Source: Candidatus Cloacimonadales bacterium
Lineage (GTDB): Bacteria > Cloacimonadota > Cloacimonadia > Cloacimonadales > JAFGVF01
Direction: 5' to 3'
Assembly (NCBI GenBank): GCA_963663475.2
Contig: CAXXJV010000001.1
Location: 2,816,001-2,880,000, forward strand
DNA: 64,000 nt
Shown: piece after piece, positions 1-9,218 of the stretch
Position numbering within the stretch: position 1 is the stretch's first letter
Layout of the letters: each line of letters begins with the position of its first letter
The notes under the pieces: model-generated
Told to the model about the DNA's origin: nothing
What the model saw: only the letters and a program-made list of their open reading frames with translations
Databases searched by the model: none
Program-made: the position numbers and the translations under genes

Positions 1-33
1 ACCTAATCCATTTTCATATTGTAAGTTTATCAT
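1..33 (-). CDS. 5' end of a gene running off the window (MINLQYENGLG...)
   Basis: ATG at 33 on the minus strand, AAGGAG SD at 41-46, frame open to position 1. Confidence 0.6.
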   Translation of the reverse strand, partial: MINLQYENGLG

Positions 34-49
34 TTTTCTACTCCTTAAA

Positions 50-211
50 CCGAATGGTGCAGTAGAACTTTGATGAAGAGTGCTAGATTCTTTTAGCAAA
101 AGTAAGTTACAGAATTTGAAGGCATATAATATATATATTCCTGAAAATTATGTAGCTTACTTTTGCAAAAGAAGATAGTGCTATTCGCAAAGGTCTACTG
201 CTTTATATGGG
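50..211 (+). mobile_element. Family A MITE-like hairpin element, full length (162 bp)
   Basis: Ends CCGAATGGTGC...GCTTTATATGGG, TTAAA on both sides (45-49, 212-216), self-complementary over its full length, homologous to the other copies. Confidence 0.85.
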
Positions 212-410
212 TTAAATTACATCTATAACAACAAAGAGTTTTTTTAGAATAGTTGTCAAGGAGATAATTACTTTTTTTAGATAAATTGTTTCTTAGTTGT
301 AAATTAGCCTAAAAAATGGTCTCTCTCTAAAGTAGAGTTGGTATAATTTAGTTCATGTGTTCAGTTTTTGTCTAAAAGAGAGGATGTCCATATCAGCAAA
401 ATCAATAATA

Positions 411-497
411 ATGTCGTCCTTCCAGGGCTAAGATAAATCTTGGATTATGTATACAGGGTCTACCGAACCTGACTATCAAATGACATCCCTTCGGGAT
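411..497. repeat. Degenerate REP-like palindromic cluster
   Basis: GTCCTTCCAGGGC, CAGG..CCTG and ATCCCTTCGGGAT mini-hairpins; layout similar to 32406-32467. Confidence 0.4.
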
Positions 498-522
498 TTA
501 TTGATTCTCCAATAATAAATTC

Positions 523-744
523 GATTCTCTCCAAAGTAGAGAGGTTTTTTGAAAAAAATAAAAAAAAGTTTAAATATAGAAAGTACTAAAGAAAACACTT
601 GCTCAGAGTCAAATAAATGCGTGCCTATTTATGGTCATAGAAAAAATGATTTGTGAAATTAGAACTATTTCTGGTTAATTAGTGTAAAGAATCTTCTTTT
701 CTTTTCACATTTATTGCATTTCCCTCACTACTTTGAAGAGAGCC
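523..744. mobile_element. Putative family C TIR element (about 222 bp)
   Basis: GATTCTCTCCAAAGTAGAGAGG (523-544) is inverted relative to CCTCACTACTTTGAAGAGAGCC (723-744), 18/22 match; a third similar end at 318-341. Confidence 0.45.
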
Positions 745-763
745 TTAAAATCTTATAACATTT

Positions 764-831
764 CTCAAAAATAATACAGTAGATTTTTGATAATAGCTGA
801 ATATTGTCTAAAAACCTACTGCAAGATTGGT
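764..831 (-). mobile_element. Degenerate short-class family A copy
   Basis: Aligns by eye to the reverse complement of 19184-19257 (AATAATACAGTAGATTTTTGATAATAGC...TCTAAAAACCTACTGC). Confidence 0.55.
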
Positions 832-860
832 TTTAAGCTTGATTGAAATATTTATTAAAT

Positions 861-1289
861 TTATTCTTGACTTTCTAAATTTTTAAGCCCCTTAGCTACG
901 AAGATTAAGGCAAGTCCTAAAAGGATAAGAGAAATTTGTTTACCTGAAGAAGTAACGATATTATCCCACATAGTAGATTTAAGTTCTGTTAGACCTTTTT
1001 CGTATTCTGTTTCAAGTTCAACGCTATAAGAAGCAATAGTAGAGTCTGAGAGACTTTCTAAATACATAAGGTCTTCGGCAGATAATTCTTCAGTACCAAT
1101 ACCTTGCTTATAGTTTAGAGTTTGTTGGATCATTTCTTTACTTTGTTCATATTGATTTTTATATGAAGCTTTTTCTAAATTATAGGCATCGACATCACCT
1201 TTAATAGATGTAAAAGTCAGGAATACTCCTAAAAGAAGTGCAATTAACCCGATTGAGTTTACTACATTTGAGTAAGTGTTTCTTTTCAT
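861..1289 (-). CDS. Hypothetical membrane protein with two hydrophobic segments
   Basis: 142 aa ORF, hydrophobic N- and C-terminal segments, GGAG SD. Confidence 0.7.
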   Translation of the reverse strand: MKRNTYSNVVNSIGLIALLLGVFLTFTSIKGDVDAYNLEKASYKNQYEQSKEMIQQTLNYKQGIGTEELSAEDLMYLESLSDSTIASYSVELETEYEKGLTELKSTMWDNIVTSSGKQISLILLGLALIFVAKGLKNLESQE

Positions 1290-1300
1290 TTTTATAGCTC

Positions 1301-2068
1301 CTAGTTATTATTTGCAATTAAGGAAGCACCAAGTGCTCCAGTTATTATTGGGGTTTGGTAAGTATATATTGGTACTTGTAACAAATCTTCCAATATAATT
1401 TTCATGGATTTATTAAAAGAGACACCTCCTGTGAAAGCCACAGGTGTCTGCCAGTTTAAAGAATGGACTTGATTAATAATTCTTTTAGCAATAGACTTAT
1501 GAACAGCTTTTATAATCGTATTGCGAGAATAGCCTTTAGCTATCATGCCAATTATTTCTGATTCAGCAAAGACTACACAGGTTGAATCAATATCAATTTC
1601 AGTTTCTGCATGGAAAGCAAGATCAGACAATTCATCTACAGAAGTTTCAAGTATAGTAGCTACTACTTCCAAGAATCTGCCTGTTCCAGCAGCACATTTA
1701 TCATTCATAACGAAATCAATTACTTTATTATTTTCGTCTAAGGTAATGACTTTAGAATCTTGTCCTCCTATATCGATGACAGTTCTAGTTTCTGGATTCA
1801 GAAAGGATATGCCACGAGCGTGACAGATGATTTCAGAAGATATTTTATCTCTAAAGTCTACTAATTTCCTACCATAACCTGTTGATACGACTCTTTCAAC
1901 TTTATCTAGCTTATGTTTCTTTAAGATATTATCATAGAGTTTTTGGGCAGTAAGCTTTGGAGTTACTCCAGTAGCAGTATATTTCCAATCAATAATTTTA
2001 TTTTTTGAATGATCAAAGAGGACTATTTTACTGGTAGTTGAGCCGACATCAATTCCTATTGTAAGCAT
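1301..2068 (-). CDS. Acyl-CoA dehydratase activase (HgdC/BcrAD/BadFG ASKHA ATPase, 4Fe-4S)
   Basis: Motifs GIDVGSTTSK, STGYGR, IDIGGQDSK, NDKCAAGTGRF, STCVVFAESE. Confidence 0.9.
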   Translation of the reverse strand: MLTIGIDVGSTTSKIVLFDHSKNKIIDWKYTATGVTPKLTAQKLYDNILKKHKLDKVERVVSTGYGRKLVDFRDKISSEIICHARGISFLNPETRTVIDIGGQDSKVITLDENNKVIDFVMNDKCAAGTGRFLEVVATILETSVDELSDLAFHAETEIDIDSTCVVFAESEIIGMIAKGYSRNTIIKAVHKSIAKRIINQVHSLNWQTPVAFTGGVSFNKSMKIILEDLLQVPIYTYQTPIITGALGASLIANNN

Positions 2069-2074
2069 ATCTTA

Positions 2075-4612
2075 TTACCTATAGATTTGAGTATAAAGGT
2101 TATTGCTAGTAAAGTAAGTTTCAGCTATTTGAGCAATATCATCAAATGAGACCTCTTGTAGTCGTTTTTCTCTATTAAGATAAAAGTCATAGCTATAACC
2201 CAAAGAGCTAAGGATACCTAAGGAGCTGGCTTGAGAAGCCACACTTTCATCGTCAAGTAAACGCTGTCCATTGATAAAGTTTTTAGTAAGTTCCATTTCT
2301 TCTTTAGTAACATTATTTTTAATAATATCCTTCATTATCTTTTTCATTGAAGCTATAGCTTGTTCTTCCCTATTCCTATCAACAATGGCATAGTTAGCAA
2401 AGAAACCAACTTCAGAAAGGGCTGTAAAGTCAAAACCTACACTGTAGGCAAGGCCGAGTTTCTCTCTTAGTTCATTAAAGAGACGAGAAGAAATCTCCCC
2501 TCCGATAATTTGGGATAAAACGTGGAAGGCAACATTAAGTCTGTAATCATTGGCATTACAGGCGAAGCCACCTATATGAATAATAGATTGGTCATTATCA
2601 TAATCAAAGATATGTCTCTTTTTAGAAGGTGGAGTATAGATGACTTTTTCCTCTACCTGAGAATGATAAGAAGTAAAATTAAAAGTATTTTCAACAGTTC
2701 TAATAATATTATCAAAGTGAATATCCCCAATCACAACTAAGCTCATTTGAGATAAGTCTAAGAATTCTTTATGCCAAGAATTAATTCTCTTTCTTGTAAT
2801 TTTAGTTACATCAGATAATTCACCAGTTTTATTGATAAGATTAGAATTTCTTCCAAACAAGAATTGGTTAAATTTCTTTACTGCATCTTTTGTAGGGAAG
2901 TCATGAATTCTTCTCAAGTTTGATCTGACAGATTGTTTAATATTATGCAAATGATGAATAGGAAATTGAGGTTCTCTGATTAAGTCTGCAATTAGTTGCA
3001 GACCTTCAGAGATATACTCACCAAAGCACTTGACCTTGAAGCCAGAAGTCTCAATTCCATTATGAACATTTAGGTTAATCCCTCTTTGCTTGCAGTAATC
3101 AACTAACTCTTCATAGGAATATTTTTTTGTACCAAATTGCATTAAAGCTAAGGTAAAGAAGTTAATCCCTCTTAGCTCTACTGGTTCACAGAGCTGAGAA
3201 ATTTTTCTGGTTAGAGATATCCCTACAGTTGGTTTACCTAAAACTTTCTTCATAATAATTTTCATACCATTGCTAGTGGTATATTCCATGTAATTATTAT
3301 TCTCATTAGAGGTTAACACTTCATTTTGACTACTTTTAATATCTTTTTCTAATTTATCAAGAAAGTGATTTTTTGTTCCTAAGTGAATAATTTTCAAGTT
3401 ATCAAGTTTATAGAATTTATTTGCTACATCTAAAAGATGTTGAATATCTAAAGATGCTAATCTAACAGGATAACGAAGAATACCTTCATAGCCACTATCA
3501 AGTTCTTCAACACCTAGAACACTAGCAAAGTTTTCAACATATTCAAAAGCATATTTCCAACTATGCTCCTGTTCAACTTTTATCTTTCTTAACTCTTCAT
3601 AAGTTAATCCTTGAATTCTCATACTATTATACTCTTCAATGAAAATTCTACAGATATCTTCTAGGCAAGTATTAGATTTTGGCACAATTAGAATTATTGA
3701 AAGACCGTCATAGTGGCCTGATATTGACTGTACTTGGATACTGGTAACTAACTGTTCTTTAATATATAGTCTCTTGTATAGTCGCGAGTTTTTACCGATA
3801 GCAAAGCCTTTAGTAATCAAGGATAAAGCTAAGCCATCTTTTGTTTTCTCACTAATTTCAGGAATAACAAATGCTAGAATTTCCTGATTTAGATCTTCAT
3901 TAACCACTGTGTGAGTAGAAAAGCCTGTTTGGTAGATATTAGGACAGCTTTCAAACTCAAGATTATCATTAGGTAACCAAGAAGCAAAATATTTTTCTAC
4001 TATACTTTTTATAGAGTTAAATTTAAAATCACCACTGATAACTAGAAAGCAGTTATTGGCTTTATAATACTTTTGATAAAAAGCTCTTAAATCATCAGGA
4101 GTAGAGCTTTCTAAATTATCTAAATGACCAATTATTGGGTTATGATAAGGGCTTTCTTGGAAATAAAACTGAGGTATTTTCTCTACAAAATCTTCTTCAG
4201 GATCATTAGCATACTGCTTTAATTCTTCTATAACCACCTTCTTTTCTGTTGTGAATTCTTCATCAGAAAAGTTAGCTCTCATGGCAAGTTCAGACAGCAG
4301 TTCAAGTCCATTCTCAAGGTATTTTGATGGAAGAGTTAAATAATGACAGGTAGAATCATACTCGGTATAAGCATTGATATTGGCACCTAAAGAAGATGCC
4401 TTTTCCATTATTTTATTATCTGGATAGTTTTGGGTAGATTTAAATACTAAGTGTTCCATTAGATGAGAGTATCCAGACTCATTACTTTTCTCGTGAACTG
4501 AGCCCACTTTTACATAGAGCTGAAGACTTATAATAGGGTTTGATTTATCCTTAGCAACAATAATTTTTAGGCCATTATCGAGGAAATGGTGCTTGACATG
4601 GGGATTTATCAT
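2075..4612 (-). CDS. M16 (pitrilysin/insulinase) family zinc peptidase
   Basis: Inverted zinc motif HLMEH, NAYT, two M16 halves, SSRLF..LREK.GLAY. Confidence 0.9.
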   Translation of the reverse strand: MINPHVKHHFLDNGLKIIVAKDKSNPIISLQLYVKVGSVHEKSNESGYSHLMEHLVFKSTQNYPDNKIMEKASSLGANINAYTEYDSTCHYLTLPSKYLENGLELLSELAMRANFSDEEFTTEKKVVIEELKQYANDPEEDFVEKIPQFYFQESPYHNPIIGHLDNLESSTPDDLRAFYQKYYKANNCFLVISGDFKFNSIKSIVEKYFASWLPNDNLEFESCPNIYQTGFSTHTVVNEDLNQEILAFVIPEISEKTKDGLALSLITKGFAIGKNSRLYKRLYIKEQLVTSIQVQSISGHYDGLSIILIVPKSNTCLEDICRIFIEEYNSMRIQGLTYEELRKIKVEQEHSWKYAFEYVENFASVLGVEELDSGYEGILRYPVRLASLDIQHLLDVANKFYKLDNLKIIHLGTKNHFLDKLEKDIKSSQNEVLTSNENNNYMEYTTSNGMKIIMKKVLGKPTVGISLTRKISQLCEPVELRGINFFTLALMQFGTKKYSYEELVDYCKQRGINLNVHNGIETSGFKVKCFGEYISEGLQLIADLIREPQFPIHHLHNIKQSVRSNLRRIHDFPTKDAVKKFNQFLFGRNSNLINKTGELSDVTKITRKRINSWHKEFLDLSQMSLVVIGDIHFDNIIRTVENTFNFTSYHSQVEEKVIYTPPSKKRHIFDYDNDQSIIHIGGFACNANDYRLNVAFHVLSQIIGGEISSRLFNELREKLGLAYSVGFDFTALSEVGFFANYAIVDRNREEQAIASMKKIMKDIIKNNVTKEEMELTKNFINGQRLLDDESVASQASSLGILSSLGYSYDFYLNREKRLQEVSFDDIAQIAETYFTSNNLYTQIYR

Positions 4613-5395
4613 CTACTTATTTCTCCCACTTGTTACAGAAGCATAGGCTGAGTGATTATGAATAGATTCAAAATTTTCAGATTCAACACTATAATCAGTA
4701 ATTCTTTTATCCTTTCTAAGCTCAACAACTACATCTCTAACAATATCTTCAACAAATTTAGGATTATCATATCCCTTTTCGGTAACATACTTTTCATCTG
4801 ATCGCTTTAAGAGAGAATATACTTCACAAGAAGCTGCAGCTTCTACAATTTCAATTAACTCTTCAAGCCAAACATATTCTGAGTATTTGATAGTTACTGT
4901 TACAATAGACCGCTGATTATGAGCACCATATTCACTAATTTCCTTGGAACAAGGACATACTGTTGTTATCGGAACCTTAACCCCGATTTGCATTTCAAAT
5001 TCATCTCGATGAGATGCAATAAAGAAACAATCATAAGACATTAGGGATTTAATTGCCGAAACAGGTGCAGTCTTATTTATAAAATAAGGGAATGCTATAT
5101 TCACAAAAGCTGAATCAGCATCAAGTCTTTTTTTTGTTTCCAGAACAAAGTTCTCTATTTCAGAAATCACATTTCTTTGATGATACTCATTTAAAATCTC
5201 AATGAATCGAGACATATGTGTTCCTCTATGATGATGAGGAAGTTCCACAAATATATCAAGATCAGCTATAGTATGCTGAGTTTCATTAGTCCTATCTTCT
5301 ACTATAATGGGGTACTTAACCCCTTTTACACCAACTTTATCAATAGTTACCTTACGGGTATCATTCAAGTTTTGGATATCAATTGTATTTTTCAT
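4613..5395 (-). CDS. folE2: GTP cyclohydrolase IB (FolE2)
   Basis: Motifs GTHMSRF, TTVCPCSKEIS, GAHNQRS, NPKFVED, ESIHNH. Confidence 0.95.
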   Translation of the reverse strand: MKNTIDIQNLNDTRKVTIDKVGVKGVKYPIIVEDRTNETQHTIADLDIFVELPHHHRGTHMSRFIEILNEYHQRNVISEIENFVLETKKRLDADSAFVNIAFPYFINKTAPVSAIKSLMSYDCFFIASHRDEFEMQIGVKVPITTVCPCSKEISEYGAHNQRSIVTVTIKYSEYVWLEELIEIVEAAASCEVYSLLKRSDEKYVTEKGYDNPKFVEDIVRDVVVELRKDKRITDYSVESENFESIHNHSAYASVTSGRNK

Positions 5396-6495
5396 TATTC
5401 ACCATCAATAAATTCATTATATAAGTAATAGTCAATCCCTTTGGAATTATCAGTTTTTTCAGTTTTAAGTGAGGTTGCTTCCCAGGTTTTACCAACTTCA
5501 TCATAGATATCGCTATAAATAATAGCTTCAGTGTCATTAAGAGTTTTTAAGTAATCAATAGCACTATCACTATCAAGCATAAAGAGAGCTGTAGACAAGG
5601 CATCGGCCTCAAAAGCTGTTGGAGCTAAAATAGTTACTGATGCATTTTGGTGGCATGGATAACCTGTGACAGCATTTATCAGGTGATGATAGCGAATATT
5701 CCCTACATCAAAATATTGCTGATAATCACCAGAAGTTGCCACAGACATATTTTTTAGATTAGTTAGTTGGGCTATTATATCCGAAGAGTTACGGGGATGT
5801 TGAATACCTAGAATAATCTTCTGAGATATATCACCAAAATATCTAATAGAAGATATCTGATCAACATAACCAGCCTTGACTCCTTGAGAAAGAATCATTT
5901 CAACAGTTTTATCAACTATGTAACCTTTTGATAGTGCCCCAAAAGTAATCTGCATATTAGCAGGAAGCTGTATATAGTCTTTATCATATTGAACTTTAGA
6001 AAAATCAACTAGCTGTAATTTTTCTTTAATATCGGTTGAATCAGGTATCAAGCTAGCATTAAACTCAGAGTTACCCCTCTCAGCCTTATCAAAATGCCAT
6101 AAATCATAAAGAGGTTTGATTGTTATATCAAACTCTCCATCAGTGAGCTTATACATTTTATCAGCCTCTAATAAGAGTTCATAAATATCTTGGTCAATAG
6201 GAACCTTTTTTCCTTGGGCATGATTAATTTTATAAACAATACTTTCCTCATAATCTTCAGAGAATTTATATATTAAATCTTGCATGTAAGCAAAAGCATG
6301 TCTTGTAATCTCTTCCCCATTTTTTTTATCGCTTAGGACATATATTTCAGTTCTTAAACTATTACCCTGAGTGGTCGGAGTATAGTTCAAATACTTACTA
6401 TCAACAAATTCATATTCAACAGTGGCAAATTTATATATAGCAATAATTATAACTAAAGCTAATAATATCAATGATGTAATTTCTTTTCGTGTCAT
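5395..6495 (-). CDS. apbE: FAD:protein FMN transferase (ApbE family)
   Basis: Motifs FDITIKPL..LW, GALSKGYIVD, ATSGDYQQYF, YHHLI, ADALSTALF; N-terminal membrane anchor. Confidence 0.9.
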   Translation of the reverse strand: MTRKEITSLILLALVIIIAIYKFATVEYEFVDSKYLNYTPTTQGNSLRTEIYVLSDKKNGEEITRHAFAYMQDLIYKFSEDYEESIVYKINHAQGKKVPIDQDIYELLLEADKMYKLTDGEFDITIKPLYDLWHFDKAERGNSEFNASLIPDSTDIKEKLQLVDFSKVQYDKDYIQLPANMQITFGALSKGYIVDKTVEMILSQGVKAGYVDQISSIRYFGDISQKIILGIQHPRNSSDIIAQLTNLKNMSVATSGDYQQYFDVGNIRYHHLINAVTGYPCHQNASVTILAPTAFEADALSTALFMLDSDSAIDYLKTLNDTEAIIYSDIYDEVGKTWEATSLKTEKTDNSKGIDYYLYNEFIDGE

Positions 6496-6548
6496 ATTTC
6501 TCTAATCCTATTTTTAATATTTTACCACTTCAATATTAACACAATATT

Positions 6549-6554
6549 TGTCAA
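6549..6554 (-). promoter_or_regulatory. TTGACA -35 box upstream of the apbE operon
   Basis: TGTCAA on the + strand; the same hexamer recurs upstream of many minus-strand operons (about 254, 15693, 18692, 19325, 26982, 32268, 40128, 54734). Confidence 0.5.
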
Positions 6555-6582
6555 TCTAAACATCATTTTTATGGATATTATA

Positions 6583-6617
6583 GAAGGAAAAGGCAGGTTT
6601 GATGCCCTGCCTTTCTT
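6583..6617 (-). terminator. Intrinsic terminator after the secreted-protein cluster
   Basis: AAAGGCAGG/CCTGCCTTT stem with a U-rich tail on the minus strand. Confidence 0.65.
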
Positions 6618-6686
6618 ATGTTAATAAATCTTTTTATTTGCCTTAGAATTGCCCGTGGAAGTTAGAATGTTAAGGGTCAGATAATA

Positions 6687-9149
6687 CTACTTCAAAACCA
6701 TTATTTTACTACTGGCACTATATCCACCAGCTTTTACTTGGATAAAATATAATCCGCTGGCAACTTGCTTATTATTCTCATTTCGTAAGTTCCAATTGGT
6801 AGAGTATAGCTGACCATCAGCATAATTTGTTTTAAGTCCTGCATGTCTTTGCATATCTTGATAACTGTTCTCTAGTGAAATCCTCTTAACTTTCTGCCCT
6901 TTTAAGTTATATATTGTTAGAACAGGCTTATCTTTAATCCTCTTTGGTAAAACAAATTCAATATTACTCATGCCACTCCCTTTACTCTTGCTTCGAGAAA
7001 CCGGGTTGGGATAGACTAAAATTTGTGGCTCAGATATAGATGATACCTCATTGTCTTCATTATGAACTGGCTCAGAGTTGTATTCAAATGCTCCTATATC
7101 AACAGCATTTCCCCAGACTCGAGCATTACCTGCTAAGTCTGTACTTGCAAGAAAAGAAGTATCTGAAAAACCAGCATCTATGCAAGGAGAATTATCTGAA
7201 AGCCTATAGTAATCTACGTCAGAAACAGTCAAAGAGTCAACATATTCTCCTAAAAAGTGAGGATTTGTACTAAAGAGGTTATCTCCTTGTTCTACTTGAT
7301 CTTCAACCCAGATATATGGAGATTCAACATAAAAAAGATTATTATAAAAACTACTTTCAACAGTCACCCATTCCCAATTAGGTCCTAAGATAAAGTTACT
7401 CAAATCGAAATCACCTGTGCTGTTAGGATTATAAAATATTGAGTTGTATATTTTAGCATTACCAACAGTCCCAGCGAAGTGTCGATTCCCATAATTATTA
7501 GCAATTGTTGAGTTTGATATTAAAATACTAAAATCTTCATTAAAGGACTGATTAATACGAACAGGTCTAATAGTCCCAGGACCGGTAAAAACATTATTAT
7601 CAAAAATAAGAGCATTATGCATCTCAAAGGTACAATCGCTATAAAGTTCTTGATTTATATAGTAGTTTAAGAGAGTTGCATCCTCGCCTTGGCAATCTGT
7701 GATAATTAGATTTCTGATATCTAAGTTGCTATTAACTGCGTATATCCCTAGTTCATAATTATCTCCATGGAACATTTTGTTGTTACGAATGATGATATTG
7801 TTAAGGGTATAAGTTCCGGCACTAAAATCAAGGGCATTAAGATCAGAATAAGTATGTGAGTTATTATTCTGAATAATTATGTTCTCTAAAAGAAAATCTG
7901 CTTCAGGTCCACCCAGGGCAAAACCTGTTGTATTAATATGAGTTGTTCTATCATACTTTAAGTCATGAAAATAGTTAAAACCTATTGCGTGACTCCACAC
8001 TGGGGCATAGCTGTAGCCACTACTATTTTGGAAAGTCATTCCTCCAAATTCAGTATTTTCCATAAATTTTCCACCAATATTAACTAAACCATTCTCGCCT
8101 TCAATAATAGTCTGATCTATTCCTGCTCCTAAGAGCTTTGTGTTAGACTTTAAACTAAAAGGAAATCTTTGGTTATTTTGGCTCCAGGAATAAGTTCCTG
8201 GGGCTACATGAACAGTATTAGGATTATCTGGATTTGATTTTATCATCTGCATAGCTCTAACAAGTGTTTGTAGTGGTTCAGTTGCAGATAGACCACTATT
8301 GCTATTGCTACCCTCAGGTGAGACATAGACATCTTGATCAATCTCAGGAAAATATGCTTCTTGAACTGAGATTGTTACATTGCCAATACCTGCTTCATAA
8401 GGAGGAGATGAATTCCCCCCATCTAAGACATAATAATTATCAATCTCATTTATAAGAGCTGAACCAAGACTTAACTCAATTTGAGTGCCTTGATAATCAT
8501 TGTAGTTGCCGATAAAGATATCCATGCCGTATAAACCAAAGTTATTAAATACACGCAGGTTATTGCATTCAACTTGGACACCTGAACTGAGAATCATTCC
8601 ACCACCTTCTATACCTCTATTGTTAGATATCTCGACATTCTCAAAATAAATACTTGTATTTGAACCACTAGCGGAAATGCCACTTCCTCCTATGGATATG
8701 TTTTTTATAGCTTTTATATTTTTTAATTCCAAATGTCCAGCTTCAAATATTCTAATTCCTCCACCAACTGTTGTATATTGATTAGTATCTACCACATTCA
8801 AATCATCATAATTATTAGAAAAAGTAAAACCATTGACTGTAACATCTTCTCCATTTTCAATGCGTAAACAGACCTGTCTATTTCCATCAACAATGGTAGA
8901 ATCGATATACTCTTGCAAGGGCTCTAGAGCATAGAGACTTTGCAAGGTTAAATCCTTGCCGTTGGTATTTAATCTTTCTATGTAATGCCCTGGATGGACC
9001 AAGATTACATCATTATCATTGGCAGAGTTTATTGCGGATTGAATTGAAGTATAATCTGCAGTGCCATCTAAATTTACTTCTATCAGAGTACAATCTAACT
9101 TACTCATTAATAGTAGAACTATAATTAGCAGTGTTAATCTTAATTTCAT
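6687..9149 (-). CDS. Secreted beta-helix (pectin-lyase-like/DUF1565-like) protein with FlgD-Ig/T9SS-like C-terminal domain
   Basis: Signal peptide; YTSIQSAI and VYVSPEGSNSNSG...TL..A repeats; SPCIDAG...DIGAFEY; C-terminal YPNP...IYNLKGQKV...VASGLYF. Confidence 0.8.
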   Translation of the reverse strand: MKLRLTLLIIVLLLMSKLDCTLIEVNLDGTADYTSIQSAINSANDNDVILVHPGHYIERLNTNGKDLTLQSLYALEPLQEYIDSTIVDGNRQVCLRIENGEDVTVNGFTFSNNYDDLNVVDTNQYTTVGGGIRIFEAGHLELKNIKAIKNISIGGSGISASGSNTSIYFENVEISNNRGIEGGGMILSSGVQVECNNLRVFNNFGLYGMDIFIGNYNDYQGTQIELSLGSALINEIDNYYVLDGGNSSPPYEAGIGNVTISVQEAYFPEIDQDVYVSPEGSNSNSGLSATEPLQTLVRAMQMIKSNPDNPNTVHVAPGTYSWSQNNQRFPFSLKSNTKLLGAGIDQTIIEGENGLVNIGGKFMENTEFGGMTFQNSSGYSYAPVWSHAIGFNYFHDLKYDRTTHINTTGFALGGPEADFLLENIIIQNNNSHTYSDLNALDFSAGTYTLNNIIIRNNKMFHGDNYELGIYAVNSNLDIRNLIITDCQGEDATLLNYYINQELYSDCTFEMHNALIFDNNVFTGPGTIRPVRINQSFNEDFSILISNSTIANNYGNRHFAGTVGNAKIYNSIFYNPNSTGDFDLSNFILGPNWEWVTVESSFYNNLFYVESPYIWVEDQVEQGDNLFSTNPHFLGEYVDSLTVSDVDYYRLSDNSPCIDAGFSDTSFLASTDLAGNARVWGNAVDIGAFEYNSEPVHNEDNEVSSISEPQILVYPNPVSRSKSKGSGMSNIEFVLPKRIKDKPVLTIYNLKGQKVKRISLENSYQDMQRHAGLKTNYADGQLYSTNWNLRNENNKQVASGLYFIQVKAGGYSASSKIMVLK

Positions 9150-9167
9150 AATGTATCCTTTTTTTTG

Positions 9168-9197
9168 ATTGCAGAGCTTCGTGTGAAGCTCTGCAAT
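9168..9197. other. Perfect 13-bp intergenic hairpin
   Basis: ATTGCAGAGCTTC-GTGT-GAAGCTCTGCAAT; no U-tail on the coding strand, so more likely an mRNA stability element than a terminator. Confidence 0.5.
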
Positions 9198-9218
9198 GTA
9201 ATGGTTATTTTATCTATT

